This document shows, in pieces, positions 19,283 to 29,145 of a DNA stretch of 64,000 bases. Where the stretch lies: assembly GCA_029762535.1 (NCBI GenBank), contig JARVGK010000015.1, positions 20 to 64,019 on the forward strand. Direction: 5' to 3'. The notes beneath the pieces are model-generated. The model was not told where the DNA came from, made no database searches, and was given only the letters and a program-made list of their open reading frames with translations. Position numbers and translations under genes: made by a program. The first letter of the stretch is position 1, and each line of letters begins with the position of its first letter. The stretch is from Thermoplasmatota archaeon. Its GTDB lineage: Archaea; Thermoplasmatota; Penumbrarchaeia; Penumbrarchaeales; Penumbrarchaeaceae.

Positions 19283-21745
19283 TCAGTTCCTCCTATTAGA
19301 ATAGACGGCTTTGGAGCCGGAGGATCTCTTATGGTCTGTCCCTGCTGAGCGATCGCGGGTCTTTATGTGGAGTAGATATAGCAGAATTATGATCAGGACG
19401 AAGACGAACGCAGCTAGAACGAGGTTCCAAACGTCGGTCTCGTCCATACCGTCCGCAGGTATATTAAAAATGAGGGGTTCCATGTCCTCACCATCCATGA
19501 TACCGTCGCCATCCGTGTCAGGATCGAGAGGGTCTGTCTCCCAGGGATCGACCCTTCCGTTCCTGTTCGAGTCCTCGAAACCGTCCAAAAGATAGTCTCC
19601 ATCGGTGTCTGGATCGAGCGGGTCCGTCTCGCCTTCGTCAACTATTCCGTTACCGTTCCTGTCCTCAAGGCCATCAATGAGACCGTCCCCGTCGGTGTCT
19701 GGATCGAAAGGATCGGTCCCGAGTATGGATTCCTCGACATAATCGGATAATCCGTCATTGTCCGAATCAAGTGTGAGGGGATTCACCACGAATATGTTCA
19801 TTTTGACGGATTCCGAGTAATGAACACCATCGAATGCCCTGATATCGATAGTATGTGAACCGGAAGTGAGGTTGATGAGAAGGACATCGATCGTGAAATC
19901 ACCATCGGCCCCTATGTTCATAAGCTCTATCACCTGCGCATTCGATGTGCCGAATTGTATTCTAAGGTAGTAAACATCAAGATCGTCCATGATCGATCCC
20001 TTGATGATAAGGTTCGCCCTGTGAGTGGACCCTTCCAAAGGTTGGTGGATCGTCAACTCAGGAGGCAAGTTCGGAGGGAACATGGTAATATCTACAAGGT
20101 TAGAAAGATCGAACAATTCAAGGGTGGATATATCGTTACCTGTGGATTGGGCATATGTCCTAAAAGGGAGGTTGGACCTCGTTTCCAGGGAATTATTGAT
20201 GTATACTAAAAGTCCAATATGATCCGTGATCCCATTCCTTCCCGTCCTGGAACCGGCCACGATCTCCCCTGTCCTGTCCCTGATATGGATCAGAGCGTTC
20301 TCTACCGGGTCACCCGACCCATAGAGCGTGGTCCTGACCTGCAGGAAATGGACGTACCTTGTGATAGATCCCTCATCTTTATATCTCACATCCGATGGAG
20401 GCCTCTTGTTGCCGAACGTTAGAGCGCTGGAATCTCCCAGGATGAAACTCGAAAGGATCGATGTACCCCATGAGGAATTGTACAAAAGGACCGATGAGCT
20501 TCTGGCATCGATGTGGGATGATATCGAGTTACCAAGGGTGGCGTTATCGCAATTTAAAGAGGAATTGATCAGGAGAAAGGAGGGATGTGTGACACCCCCC
20601 TGTCCAGTCCCAAGCCTCAAAAAATAACTATCGTAGATGTATAGTTTGGAATCAGTGGAATCTATACCGCTGTATCCGCAATCGTGAACGAAGGATTCGA
20701 TCAATTCGACGCTGCTTTGATGAGATATTATACCTTCGAAGTTCGAAGGACCTATGTCCTGATCCTTCAGTTCTATAGAGGATCCGGAGACGGCAATGAT
20801 CGCATTGTTGGAAAAACCTATCCTACCTCCTGTAAGGGATATTTGGGACCTGGTAGATGATATCTGGGCGGATGTGGTGAAAGATGCCCCTCTTTCCGTA
20901 AGCAAATAAAGAGACCGCCCTTTCAATGTCGATTCCACTATCTGCATTCCGTTGCCGCTCGAGTTGTTTACATACATACCCACGACATCGACACCGGAAC
21001 CGTAGGATCTCATCCCTGTCGTGCAGTCATTCAGATAGATGGAGCTTAAGGATATCTTTTCAGTGTTCCATATCGATATGCCGTAGAAACCTCCGTGATG
21101 AACAGTTATCCTCTCCATGCGATTGTCCATGGCCTTCATTGGCCCGCGGACCTCCACACCGGCGGTCTCAGTGGAAATCACTGTGATATCGCTAACGAGA
21201 ACTCCTATCGTTCTAAGGCGCAGACCGACCTTGCTTTCGGATATGGATACGTTCTTCAGAAGGACCTTGTCATCTGGGCTCGTTCCGATGATAGTGATGC
21301 CTTCCCAGATATCCTCCCCCTCATCCGGCGAGAACACGACGGGCTCATCAGAGGTACCTGTGATCCTCGCAGAACCGCGGAATTCAAGTGCTGCTTGGTT
21401 CCTGACCTTTATCGAGTTGCCTGGACCGATGTACAGCGGAGTGGCAGCTGGAACCGCCAGGTCCTTTGATATGATGAAACCACCGGTCGTCCTCTGAACT
21501 GTCGTTGGGTCCCTGTCCGCTATCTCATCCAGGGTAGTATAGCCTTCCGGGACATCCACAGCGATAGGGTCGAAATACGGAGGGATCGATACTACGAATA
21601 TAGCGAGCAGGAGGATAAGGATGGTTGGGATCGAAACGAACTGCAAGTATGTCTTATCAAGGCTTTCTCTATCTTTCATGTTCACACCAAGGCCTGATCT
21701 CCCAATTGAGAACATGCTTATTAATGTATTTTGTCCATGACACAT
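19283..21745 (-). CDS. Membrane-anchored surface protein: right-handed beta-helix, Ig-like domain, TSP3-type Ca-binding repeats (true start likely 21679)
   Basis: G....P(V)F...WEGI beta-helix cap; DSDNDGL and DPDTDGDG x3; C-terminal TM. Confidence 0.75.
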   Translation of the reverse strand: MCHGQNTLISMFSIGRSGLGVNMKDRESLDKTYLQFVSIPTILILLLAIFVVSIPPYFDPIAVDVPEGYTTLDEIADRDPTTVQRTTGGFIISKDLAVPAATPLYIGPGNSIKVRNQAALEFRGSARITGTSDEPVVFSPDEGEDIWEGITIIGTSPDDKVLLKNVSISESKVGLRLRTIGVLVSDITVISTETAGVEVRGPMKAMDNRMERITVHHGGFYGISIWNTEKISLSSIYLNDCTTGMRSYGSGVDVVGMYVNNSSGNGMQIVESTLKGRSLYLLTERGASFTTSAQISSTRSQISLTGGRIGFSNNAIIAVSGSSIELKDQDIGPSNFEGIISHQSSVELIESFVHDCGYSGIDSTDSKLYIYDSYFLRLGTGQGGVTHPSFLLINSSLNCDNATLGNSISSHIDARSSSVLLYNSSWGTSILSSFILGDSSALTFGNKRPPSDVRYKDEGSITRYVHFLQVRTTLYGSGDPVENALIHIRDRTGEIVAGSRTGRNGITDHIGLLVYINNSLETRSNLPFRTYAQSTGNDISTLELFDLSNLVDITMFPPNLPPELTIHQPLEGSTHRANLIIKGSIMDDLDVYYLRIQFGTSNAQVIELMNIGADGDFTIDVLLINLTSGSHTIDIRAFDGVHYSESVKMNIFVVNPLTLDSDNDGLSDYVEESILGTDPFDPDTDGDGLIDGLEDRNGNGIVDEGETDPLDPDTDGDYLLDGFEDSNRNGRVDPWETDPLDPDTDGDGIMDGEDMEPLIFNIPADGMDETDVWNLVLAAFVFVLIIILLYLLHIKTRDRSAGTDHKRSSGSKAVYSNRRN

Positions 21746-21851
21746 ACTTTTCGAATCTATACATGCCTCACATCAAGGGTTGATTTTATCTATATTGATC
21801 CTTTATATCCTCACTGGAACCGTCGGAAAAATCTCAGGAGCGATGATAGGT

Positions 21852-23513
21852 ATGGAAAAACTGGTGGAATGCGTTCCCAATTTCAGCGAAGGAAAGGAAA
21901 GTTACGTGATAGAAGCGATATCGGCCGCGATAACCAGCGTCAAGGGAGTAAAACTAATGAACGTGGATCCAGGTAGCGATTTCAACCGAACTGTGTACAC
22001 GTTCGTAGGAGGGCCGGAAATGGTACTCGAGGCCGCCTTCAGGGCCGCACGGGTAGGAACGGCTCTGATCGACATGTCAAAGCATAAAGGAGAGCACGCG
22101 AGAATGGGAGCTCTCGATGTGGTACCTTTCATACCCATATCTGGCACCGACTATGATGAATGCAGCCGGCTTGCGCAGAGTTTAGGAGAAAGGATGTGGG
22201 AGGAGCTTCGAGTGCCTGTGTATCTATATGCGATGTCGGCCAAGGACCCGTCACGAATCAAGCTCCCGGATATCAGAAAAGGGGAATACGAGGCGCTTCC
22301 GGAAAAGCTCAAGGACCCATCGTTCAGACCCGATATCGGGGACCCGGTCTTCAATAGTAGATCCGGAGTGACGGCGACAGGAGCAAGGCAGATCCTGATA
22401 GCCTACAATATCAACTTGGACTCGGACGATAAGGAAAAGGCAAACATCATATCCGGTGCCATAAGGGAGAGCGGGGTACTCAAAAGAGATGAAAAGGGTG
22501 AGAAGATCATTGGCGAGGACGGCAGGCCAGTAAGAATTCCTGGCAGGTTCAGGGGTGTTCAGGCTGGCGGCATGATGTACGATGAAAGAACCGCTCAGGT
22601 TTCTATGAACCTTCTCGATTACGAGCAAGTCAACCTGCACGATGTGTTCGAAGCGGTCAAGGAAGAGGCATCTAAACTGGGGATCGGTCTTAGGGGGAGT
22701 GAGATAGTGGGAGTGGTCCCGAAGAAAGCGATGATCAATGCCGGTATTTTCTACGCTGGTGAAGGAAAAAGAGATCAACTGGCTGAAAATGAATTGATCG
22801 ATATCGTCATTCAGGAGCTCGGATTGGATTCGCTCTATCCATTCGATCCTGATACGAAGATAATAGAATACCTTATGAAGGAAAGGGGCCCGCTGGCTTC
22901 ATCCAAGATCGATTCGTTCCTCAAGGAACTATCATCAGAATCACCTGCACCGGGTGGAGGTAGCGTGGCCGCCCTTTCAGGAGCTCTTGGTGCCTCCCTC
23001 CTGGAAATGGTTTGCAAACTGACCCTCTCAAAGAAGAAATACGAGAATGTTTGGCCCTCAATGAAGGATATCTCCCGGGAAATGTCCAGGGCGAGGTCCG
23101 ATCTGACGGACCTTATAGATGAGGACACGGAAGCATTCAACAAGGTCATTGCCGCCTTCAAGCTTCCCAAGGATCGCGAGGAGGATAAGATAAAACGCTC
23201 AGCAGCGATACAGGAGGCATACCGCCATGCCATAGACGTACCTTTGAGGACATTGAAAATATGTCATGCGGTCATATCCAGGGCCAATGATGTGGCAAAG
23301 GAAGGTAACGTGAATTCTGTAACCGATGCCGGTGTCGCCGCGGAAATGGCCTATGCAGGCATCCATGGAGCTATTTTGAACGTAAAGGTAAATCTAGGAT
23401 CTGTAAAGGATGAGGGATACAAGGCAGAATTGATCAAGGATATCGATATAATCACGTCGGGGATGGAACGGGAATTATCGAAAGTGAGAGGGACGATCGC
23501 ATCGAAGATTTGA
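21852..23513 (+). CDS. ftcd: Glutamate formimidoyltransferase / formiminotetrahydrofolate cyclodeaminase (fused)
   Basis: LVECVPNFSEG, HKGEHARMGALDVVPF, LIAYNINL, AQVSMNL, SPAPGGGS. Confidence 0.93.
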   Translation: MEKLVECVPNFSEGKESYVIEAISAAITSVKGVKLMNVDPGSDFNRTVYTFVGGPEMVLEAAFRAARVGTALIDMSKHKGEHARMGALDVVPFIPISGTDYDECSRLAQSLGERMWEELRVPVYLYAMSAKDPSRIKLPDIRKGEYEALPEKLKDPSFRPDIGDPVFNSRSGVTATGARQILIAYNINLDSDDKEKANIISGAIRESGVLKRDEKGEKIIGEDGRPVRIPGRFRGVQAGGMMYDERTAQVSMNLLDYEQVNLHDVFEAVKEEASKLGIGLRGSEIVGVVPKKAMINAGIFYAGEGKRDQLAENELIDIVIQELGLDSLYPFDPDTKIIEYLMKERGPLASSKIDSFLKELSSESPAPGGGSVAALSGALGASLLEMVCKLTLSKKKYENVWPSMKDISREMSRARSDLTDLIDEDTEAFNKVIAAFKLPKDREEDKIKRSAAIQEAYRHAIDVPLRTLKICHAVISRANDVAKEGNVNSVTDAGVAAEMAYAGIHGAILNVKVNLGSVKDEGYKAELIKDIDIITSGMERELSKVRGTIASKI

Positions 23514-23525
23514 GGAGATTTGCTC

Positions 23526-23783
23526 ATGGGAAAGATAGAGAAGTTGAACAAGGAGATCGAGAAACTCAAGAAGGAGATCGAGACCTTCGAGGACAAGATA
23601 GATGAGGCCAGGAAGATGCTCAAGGAAGGAAGAATAGATAAGGACCAGTGGACCAGAGCCCGTCTCAAATATCAGGAGAAGATAAGGATAAACCGCTCGA
23701 CAATCAATCGGAAAGAGAAGGTCAGGCTCCATCTCGAGAAGAAGGAAAAGGAGAAGAAGGAGGAGAAAGATAAAAAGAAATGA
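23526..23783 (+). CDS. Small highly charged coiled-coil hypothetical protein
   Basis: K/E-rich heptads; GAGGAG RBS directly after the ftcd stop. Confidence 0.6.
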   Translation: MGKIEKLNKEIEKLKKEIETFEDKIDEARKMLKEGRIDKDQWTRARLKYQEKIRINRSTINRKEKVRLHLEKKEKEKKEEKDKKK

Positions 23784-23807
23784 ACCCATAGAATCCGTGG
23801 TAAACTC

Positions 23808-24446
23808 ATGACCGAGACCTCTGATCTCTTCACCTTAAAAAGGAACTTCTTCGTTTTGGCCCATAGGGTGAATACTGATGGTAATTTCAACTTGAACGAT
23901 CTATGTGGATCGGCAGGGCGACTTGACGGGATAATACGGTCGATCAATTCATCCCTCTTCCTATCACATGGGATACGTAGGGATTCCGCTGTTCATGCGA
24001 TCATGATGGGCCCATCTGACCCACCAAAGGTCTTGAGCATACTAGGGTCCTCTGTGAGATACCTGAATCCAGATGAGAGGTCCACTGCATCTCTCATCAA
24101 GAAAGCATTGGAGATAGCGCTACCCGCATCAAACGGATCATGCATACGATCCACACCTGGAATATATGTCACGAGAGGTGGTCTGGACCATGTCCTTGAT
24201 AATGTCAAGGGAAGGTCATTCCTGCTGCTTGAGAACGCCGACAAAGGAAGAAAGATCCTTGAGACCATTGCGATGGATGTGGGAAATATTAATTTCTTCC
24301 TATCCGATGATAGGGATTTCGAAGAGGAAGAGATAGAAACGATCATGCTCACGTCGGATGGGGCAATATCGGTGTCCCCGAAAGTGCTTCATACGGACCA
24401 TTGCATAACGGTCATTCACAGTATTTTGGACGATATTGAGAATTAA
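23808..24446 (+). CDS. trmY: tRNA (pseudouridine54-N1)-methyltransferase (SPOUT)
   Basis: DLCGSAGRLD, FLSHGIRRD, LNPDERS, STPGI, LHTDHCITVIH. Confidence 0.88.
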   Translation: MTETSDLFTLKRNFFVLAHRVNTDGNFNLNDLCGSAGRLDGIIRSINSSLFLSHGIRRDSAVHAIMMGPSDPPKVLSILGSSVRYLNPDERSTASLIKKALEIALPASNGSCIRSTPGIYVTRGGLDHVLDNVKGRSFLLLENADKGRKILETIAMDVGNINFFLSDDRDFEEEEIETIMLTSDGAISVSPKVLHTDHCITVIHSILDDIEN

Positions 24447-24520
24447 AGGAAGCCCCCTTAAGGACAATATTGCTCATCCAGGGGTAAGGGTTATCTACCT
24501 TTCAGTCCACTTACCTTGCG

Positions 24521-27500
24521 ATGCTAAGAGATCGCTTATCTTTCATACGATCCGTCGCTTGTTTGGCGATCATATCTATGATTGCCCTGCAGGCCGTGAT
24601 GTTGGCGAACGATGCGGGGGTCGGTGCATATTCTCTGGAAGAGCTGTCGGACCTCGTCGTCCTTGACCTATCGACGTTCAAATATGTCTCCGGAGGTTTG
24701 AACCATTCAGGAATCAGCCCTTGGGGTTCGCTTTACTTTGGAGAGGTCAACGAATCGACGAAGATAAGTTTCGATATAATCAACAACAACGGTGCCTATT
24801 TCAAGAACGTTAGGGTAACTTTCACGGTGAATTGGTTCGATGGGATCATCTCGGATGCGGGATATGTGATGTACCGAGATTCGATACTGACCGATGTGCC
24901 ACCAGGAAAGGGGTCCAGGGCAGGACCAATGGTCTTCACTTGGACCCCGCAGTTCTCTGGATCGTACAGTTTCAACATAACCATCCAAGTTCCGAACGAT
25001 AGGTACCCTGCTTCAGATGCACGATACGGTTGGGGTTTGGAATACCAAACCGGGTCCAAGGAAAAATATCGGAACGGGTACTGGATAGGATCATATTCCA
25101 ATGATTGCTCTTCGATAAAAGATTGGTCCACCGAGGTTTCCGGCGGTCTTGAAGGGAACAACTGGCACGTTAGCGATCATCCGTTGGGAGCAGGCGAACC
25201 GAATCTTCACACCTCTGGTAAAGTTTTCTGGGCAGGTAACGATTCATCTTTGATAGGGCCGCTATCTGGAGTATATTCATTGATATCGCCTCTCTTGGAC
25301 CTCTCGGTGTTCGATGATTCGGCCTTCAATCCCGAGCTTAGCAGAGGTGATCCACAGATATATTTCCTCTACAGATACCGGGGGAACCTCACCCCGGAAG
25401 GTAGGTTCGGAAGGGCCGGGCTATATCATTATGTAAGTCTCGATGAAGGGGAGACGTGGGAGGGGCTGCTCGATCCTCAAGGAAAACATGTAATAATCAG
25501 TGGGAACACATCGAGCCCGATCTGGGATAACCCGAAGCATAAAACCCCGCAGGGTAGTGAGAAATGGGGGTTAGACCTCTCCCGATTTCAGGGAAAGAGG
25601 ATCATGCTGAAAATACAATACAGGCCGTCCGGATATGTCGAGACAGGTTTTTTACTTGATGATTTCGTTCTCATAGGCAAGGAGAAGGTCGACATATCCA
25701 CATTCAGGATAGTCGATCATACAAAGGATTCCCTGTTAGTATCTCCAGGAAACTCGATGGACTACAGGATAGAGGTCATATCACTTTATTCAGGAGGTCA
25801 CATCACTTTGAGGTCCGAGGTCATATCCGCTTCATCGGATATCGATATCAGTAAGGATGTAAAGATCGATCCGGCGATCATGGAGATGCATTATGGAACT
25901 GATGACCCATATATCATAAATGTAAGATTTTATCCCAGGGCAAAATTAAAGGCCGGACCCGGTTGGATAAGGATCAGAATGATGGCTGATAATACAGTAA
26001 GGGACGCCGTACTTCTGTTTGAAATGATCCCCGTTCATAATATCGATATATCACTATCGGGTAGGAAGGAAGGGCCTTTCTCCAAAGAGGATCCTCCGCA
26101 TATAGACCTGTATTTGAATAACAGCGGCAACATCCCCGAGAGGTTATTCATCGATTTTGGTTCTGATCGCGGTCTTATATGGAATATTACAGGACCAGTT
26201 CAATACCATCTTGAACCTGGAGACCATAAGGTAATGGGATTCACTCTCGGTTTTGACGGAGAAGGGATGGCCGGAAGGCTCCATGGTCATCTGATAGTTT
26301 ACAAGCAGGCCACCGAGATCACAGGAGATCAAATATCTTTGACAATAAATGGAGGCGCCCCTCCCGATGATTGGATGGTATGGGAGATGGACTATGAAAT
26401 TGAACAGACATATAATATATCCATATATGCCTCAAATAGATATGCTATGATAAGGGAACCTCCGAGCCGTGGAACCGAAAACATCACCTTTCACATAGGC
26501 ATCATAAACAACGGCAATGGAAATGATACAGTGATATTGTCATCAGAGATGTATTTCATGAACGAAAACATCACCGTGGAACATGATGGGACCATCGATG
26601 TTCCTCCAATGTCGATGGATACCATAGTTCCTGTAAAGATCAGTATAAACTATCCAGTATCCCCTGGGTTATATAGATTCAGGATATTGGCGCTCTCCGA
26701 GAGTACTGAAGGCCATAGGAACAATCACATAGACTTGAGCGTTCGCATTGGAAGAGAGGAGGTCCCGAACGGTGTGTACATCGATAATTCCACCCTTACG
26801 ATCGAGCCTGCAAGGGCCATCGTTGGCAGCGAATCCGTCATATCATTTGAGACCAGGTCCTTTGGGCTGCCGGAGGATACCCCCTTTTCCGTGAACATCA
26901 GAATGAACGGTTCGAAGATTTCCACAACCACCTTCTTTACCACGAGGGGGGCCCCTCTTCTATGTCAAATAAAGTGGGTCCCGCAATACTCGGGAGTAAT
27001 GTTTCTTTCATTGGATATCGAAGGAGAGATCGCAGGGATCAACACCGATACGGGAATGGTCCAGAACGTTAATATAACCTTTATGGTCCACCATATCGAC
27101 CTTTCATTGCAGTGGCATCTACTGCCTTTGGATCTGGATGCAGGGCCGAATCGTACATTGGATCCGGGCACTTACTATATCGAGCTGCTTCTTAGGAACG
27201 AAGGAGACATAACAGCTGAGCTGATATCGATCTTCACCAACCTAACTACGGATTCAGGGGACGTAAAAGCATACAGATCCAACCTTTCAAGAATAGATCC
27301 GGGGGAGGGGGTTGTGATAAGATTAGGGCCATTCGCTCTAGATCCACTTAGAACATATCATTTCGAGGTACAGGTCCCGGTGATCGGGAGATGGAGGGAC
27401 GTCAATCCTGAGGACAATGTTCTCACATACTCCATTCAGATTGGGGAGCCGCCTCCTGGAGAACCTGTATGGAGGGATCCGATTTTCCTGATAGCATCAT

Positions 27501-27559
27501 CGGGGATATTTCTCCTTCTTTTCATTTTTATCATCGTTATGATATACAGAAGAAAATGA
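24521..27559 (+). CDS. Large membrane-anchored surface protein with beta-sandwich, NEW3-like and CARDB-like domains
   Basis: Signal-like N-terminus; LISPLLDLS..GFLLDDF; NSGN/NGNGND repeats; DVNPEDN; C-terminal TM plus RRK. Confidence 0.7.
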   Translation: MLRDRLSFIRSVACLAIISMIALQAVMLANDAGVGAYSLEELSDLVVLDLSTFKYVSGGLNHSGISPWGSLYFGEVNESTKISFDIINNNGAYFKNVRVTFTVNWFDGIISDAGYVMYRDSILTDVPPGKGSRAGPMVFTWTPQFSGSYSFNITIQVPNDRYPASDARYGWGLEYQTGSKEKYRNGYWIGSYSNDCSSIKDWSTEVSGGLEGNNWHVSDHPLGAGEPNLHTSGKVFWAGNDSSLIGPLSGVYSLISPLLDLSVFDDSAFNPELSRGDPQIYFLYRYRGNLTPEGRFGRAGLYHYVSLDEGETWEGLLDPQGKHVIISGNTSSPIWDNPKHKTPQGSEKWGLDLSRFQGKRIMLKIQYRPSGYVETGFLLDDFVLIGKEKVDISTFRIVDHTKDSLLVSPGNSMDYRIEVISLYSGGHITLRSEVISASSDIDISKDVKIDPAIMEMHYGTDDPYIINVRFYPRAKLKAGPGWIRIRMMADNTVRDAVLLFEMIPVHNIDISLSGRKEGPFSKEDPPHIDLYLNNSGNIPERLFIDFGSDRGLIWNITGPVQYHLEPGDHKVMGFTLGFDGEGMAGRLHGHLIVYKQATEITGDQISLTINGGAPPDDWMVWEMDYEIEQTYNISIYASNRYAMIREPPSRGTENITFHIGIINNGNGNDTVILSSEMYFMNENITVEHDGTIDVPPMSMDTIVPVKISINYPVSPGLYRFRILALSESTEGHRNNHIDLSVRIGREEVPNGVYIDNSTLTIEPARAIVGSESVISFETRSFGLPEDTPFSVNIRMNGSKISTTTFFTTRGAPLLCQIKWVPQYSGVMFLSLDIEGEIAGINTDTGMVQNVNITFMVHHIDLSLQWHLLPLDLDAGPNRTLDPGTYYIELLLRNEGDITAELISIFTNLTTDSGDVKAYRSNLSRIDPGEGVVIRLGPFALDPLRTYHFEVQVPVIGRWRDVNPEDNVLTYSIQIGEPPPGEPVWRDPIFLIASSGIFLLLFIFIIVMIYRRK

Positions 27560-28534
27560 CATCTCAAGAACATCGAGAAAGGCCTCCAATCTTATAGCGG
27601 TCCTCTCGTCCATAGGTCCAGGTATATTGCCCTCTAGTGTCAGTACGGGAACCCTCAGTTCCGATCGGAATATGATGTCATCTATCTGTCTGTGGCAGAA
27701 GGATTGTACATAATGCACGATCCCGGACAAACGCCTTTCTTCTATTGCATCCTTGATATCCTTTACTCTTCCCGTGATGGAAAATGGATAGGTGTACGAT
27801 AGATATGATCCTATCCAATCTTCGTTCGGGAATGGCATGGTGAACTGTCTCTGCGTCTCCATGAACGCGATATTACCTCCCGATCCCTCGATACGGTCGA
27901 AGATATCTGTGATTATCGGCGGAACACCGATATAACCTATCTTGGGGCATTCAAGAGGGGCATCTAATCGAGAGGAACTTTCGATGACATCCCTCGCCCT
28001 CCTTTCCCATAAAGAAGGATCGGACATAAGGTCGGAGCATGACACCATCAATAGGTGGGCGTCCGATGCCGAGACCCTGCCCAAGGATAAGAGCTCGTCC
28101 ACCTTCCACGCCATCTGTCTGAGGTGTCTGACCCTGCCAGCCTGGTCCTTTGCATCCTCGATGGAGCATCCCAGGAAATCGCAAAGGGATCCGATCTCCT
28201 CGACCAGACGATCCCGATTTCGATCAGGAGGATAGGAGAAGGGATGGGTCGGTATTCCTTTCAGATCGAGTGTCTCAAGTAGGGACTCGGTATTCGAACA
28301 ATCGCCCCGAACGACGCCTACAACGCCGTCAAAATCACATGCCACTGAGAATATACCTTTTATCCATGTGCAAATATTCCTCGGGTAGCCATGGACCTGA
28401 GCTTCTTCGACCAAACCTGCTGGATCGGGAGAGGAAATGAAGATATTATTAAGATCGACGGGTGTGGTCCCCGATGCGAGGAAGGGCTCCAGGGGAACGG
28501 TCGTCGTGATGCCGACCTTGTTCATTCCCTGCAT
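27497..28534 (-). CDS. 2-hydroxyacyl-CoA dehydratase (HGD-D) family Fe-S protein
   Basis: PRNICTWIKG, GDCSN, GIVHYVQSFC, PVLTLEG, RLEAF. Confidence 0.8.
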   Translation of the reverse strand: MQGMNKVGITTTVPLEPFLASGTTPVDLNNIFISSPDPAGLVEEAQVHGYPRNICTWIKGIFSVACDFDGVVGVVRGDCSNTESLLETLDLKGIPTHPFSYPPDRNRDRLVEEIGSLCDFLGCSIEDAKDQAGRVRHLRQMAWKVDELLSLGRVSASDAHLLMVSCSDLMSDPSLWERRARDVIESSSRLDAPLECPKIGYIGVPPIITDIFDRIEGSGGNIAFMETQRQFTMPFPNEDWIGSYLSYTYPFSITGRVKDIKDAIEERRLSGIVHYVQSFCHRQIDDIIFRSELRVPVLTLEGNIPGPMDERTAIRLEAFLDVLEMSFSSVYHNDDKNEKKEKYPR

Positions 28535-29142
28535 GCCTTCTCCCTGACGGCATCGCGACCCAACGAAAGGGACCTAACGTTCACATCGATGAATTTTTCA
28601 GGTACGGAGGACCTGACCGCTTCCAGAAGTTCCTCGTCGGTGAAAGGAATGACATTACATGCGGACATCGCACCTAGCATAGCCACGTTCGTCGTCCTCA
28701 GGTCTCCCGCCTGACGTGCGATATCTATTGCGGAAATGGAATATACCGCCTTCCCGAACTTAGAGATCTCCGAAATGATCTCAATAACATCGGGATATGT
28801 CATGCCTCCGGACGATACGGACACCGGTCTGATCGGATCCGTATTAATTACCACTACAGTGTCCTTGGTGATCTTGTCCCTGGCCCTGTAGGCTTCCATC
28901 GGCTCGAACCCGACCAGGATGGAAAGGTCGGAGGAGAAGGGAAGGGGTGAGCTGGTCTCCCCCAAACGAATAGTGGTCTGGACGACTCCACCTCGCTGGG
29001 CCATTCCGTGTATCTCAGAGATCACTATAGGCATATCCTTTGCGAGGGCGGCATTCCCGATTATCTTGGAAACGGTCAAAGCGCCCTGGCCGCCGACCCC
29101 GACTATGTGTATCGTCACTGCGTCCCTGTTCTTGAACGTCAT
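28522..29142 (-). CDS. iorB: Indolepyruvate:ferredoxin oxidoreductase subunit beta
   Basis: GVGGQG, EIHGMAQRGG, GFEPMEA. Confidence 0.92.
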   Translation of the reverse strand: MTFKNRDAVTIHIVGVGGQGALTVSKIIGNAALAKDMPIVISEIHGMAQRGGVVQTTIRLGETSSPLPFSSDLSILVGFEPMEAYRARDKITKDTVVVINTDPIRPVSVSSGGMTYPDVIEIISEISKFGKAVYSISAIDIARQAGDLRTTNVAMLGAMSACNVIPFTDEELLEAVRSSVPEKFIDVNVRSLSLGRDAVREKACRE

Positions 29143-29145
29143 ATC

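Noticed and set aside
19490-19770. Recurring GTGTC(T/A)GGATCGA-type DNA repeats resembling an array
   Set aside because: They encode DPDTDGDG Ca-binding repeats inside a CDS; not CRISPR
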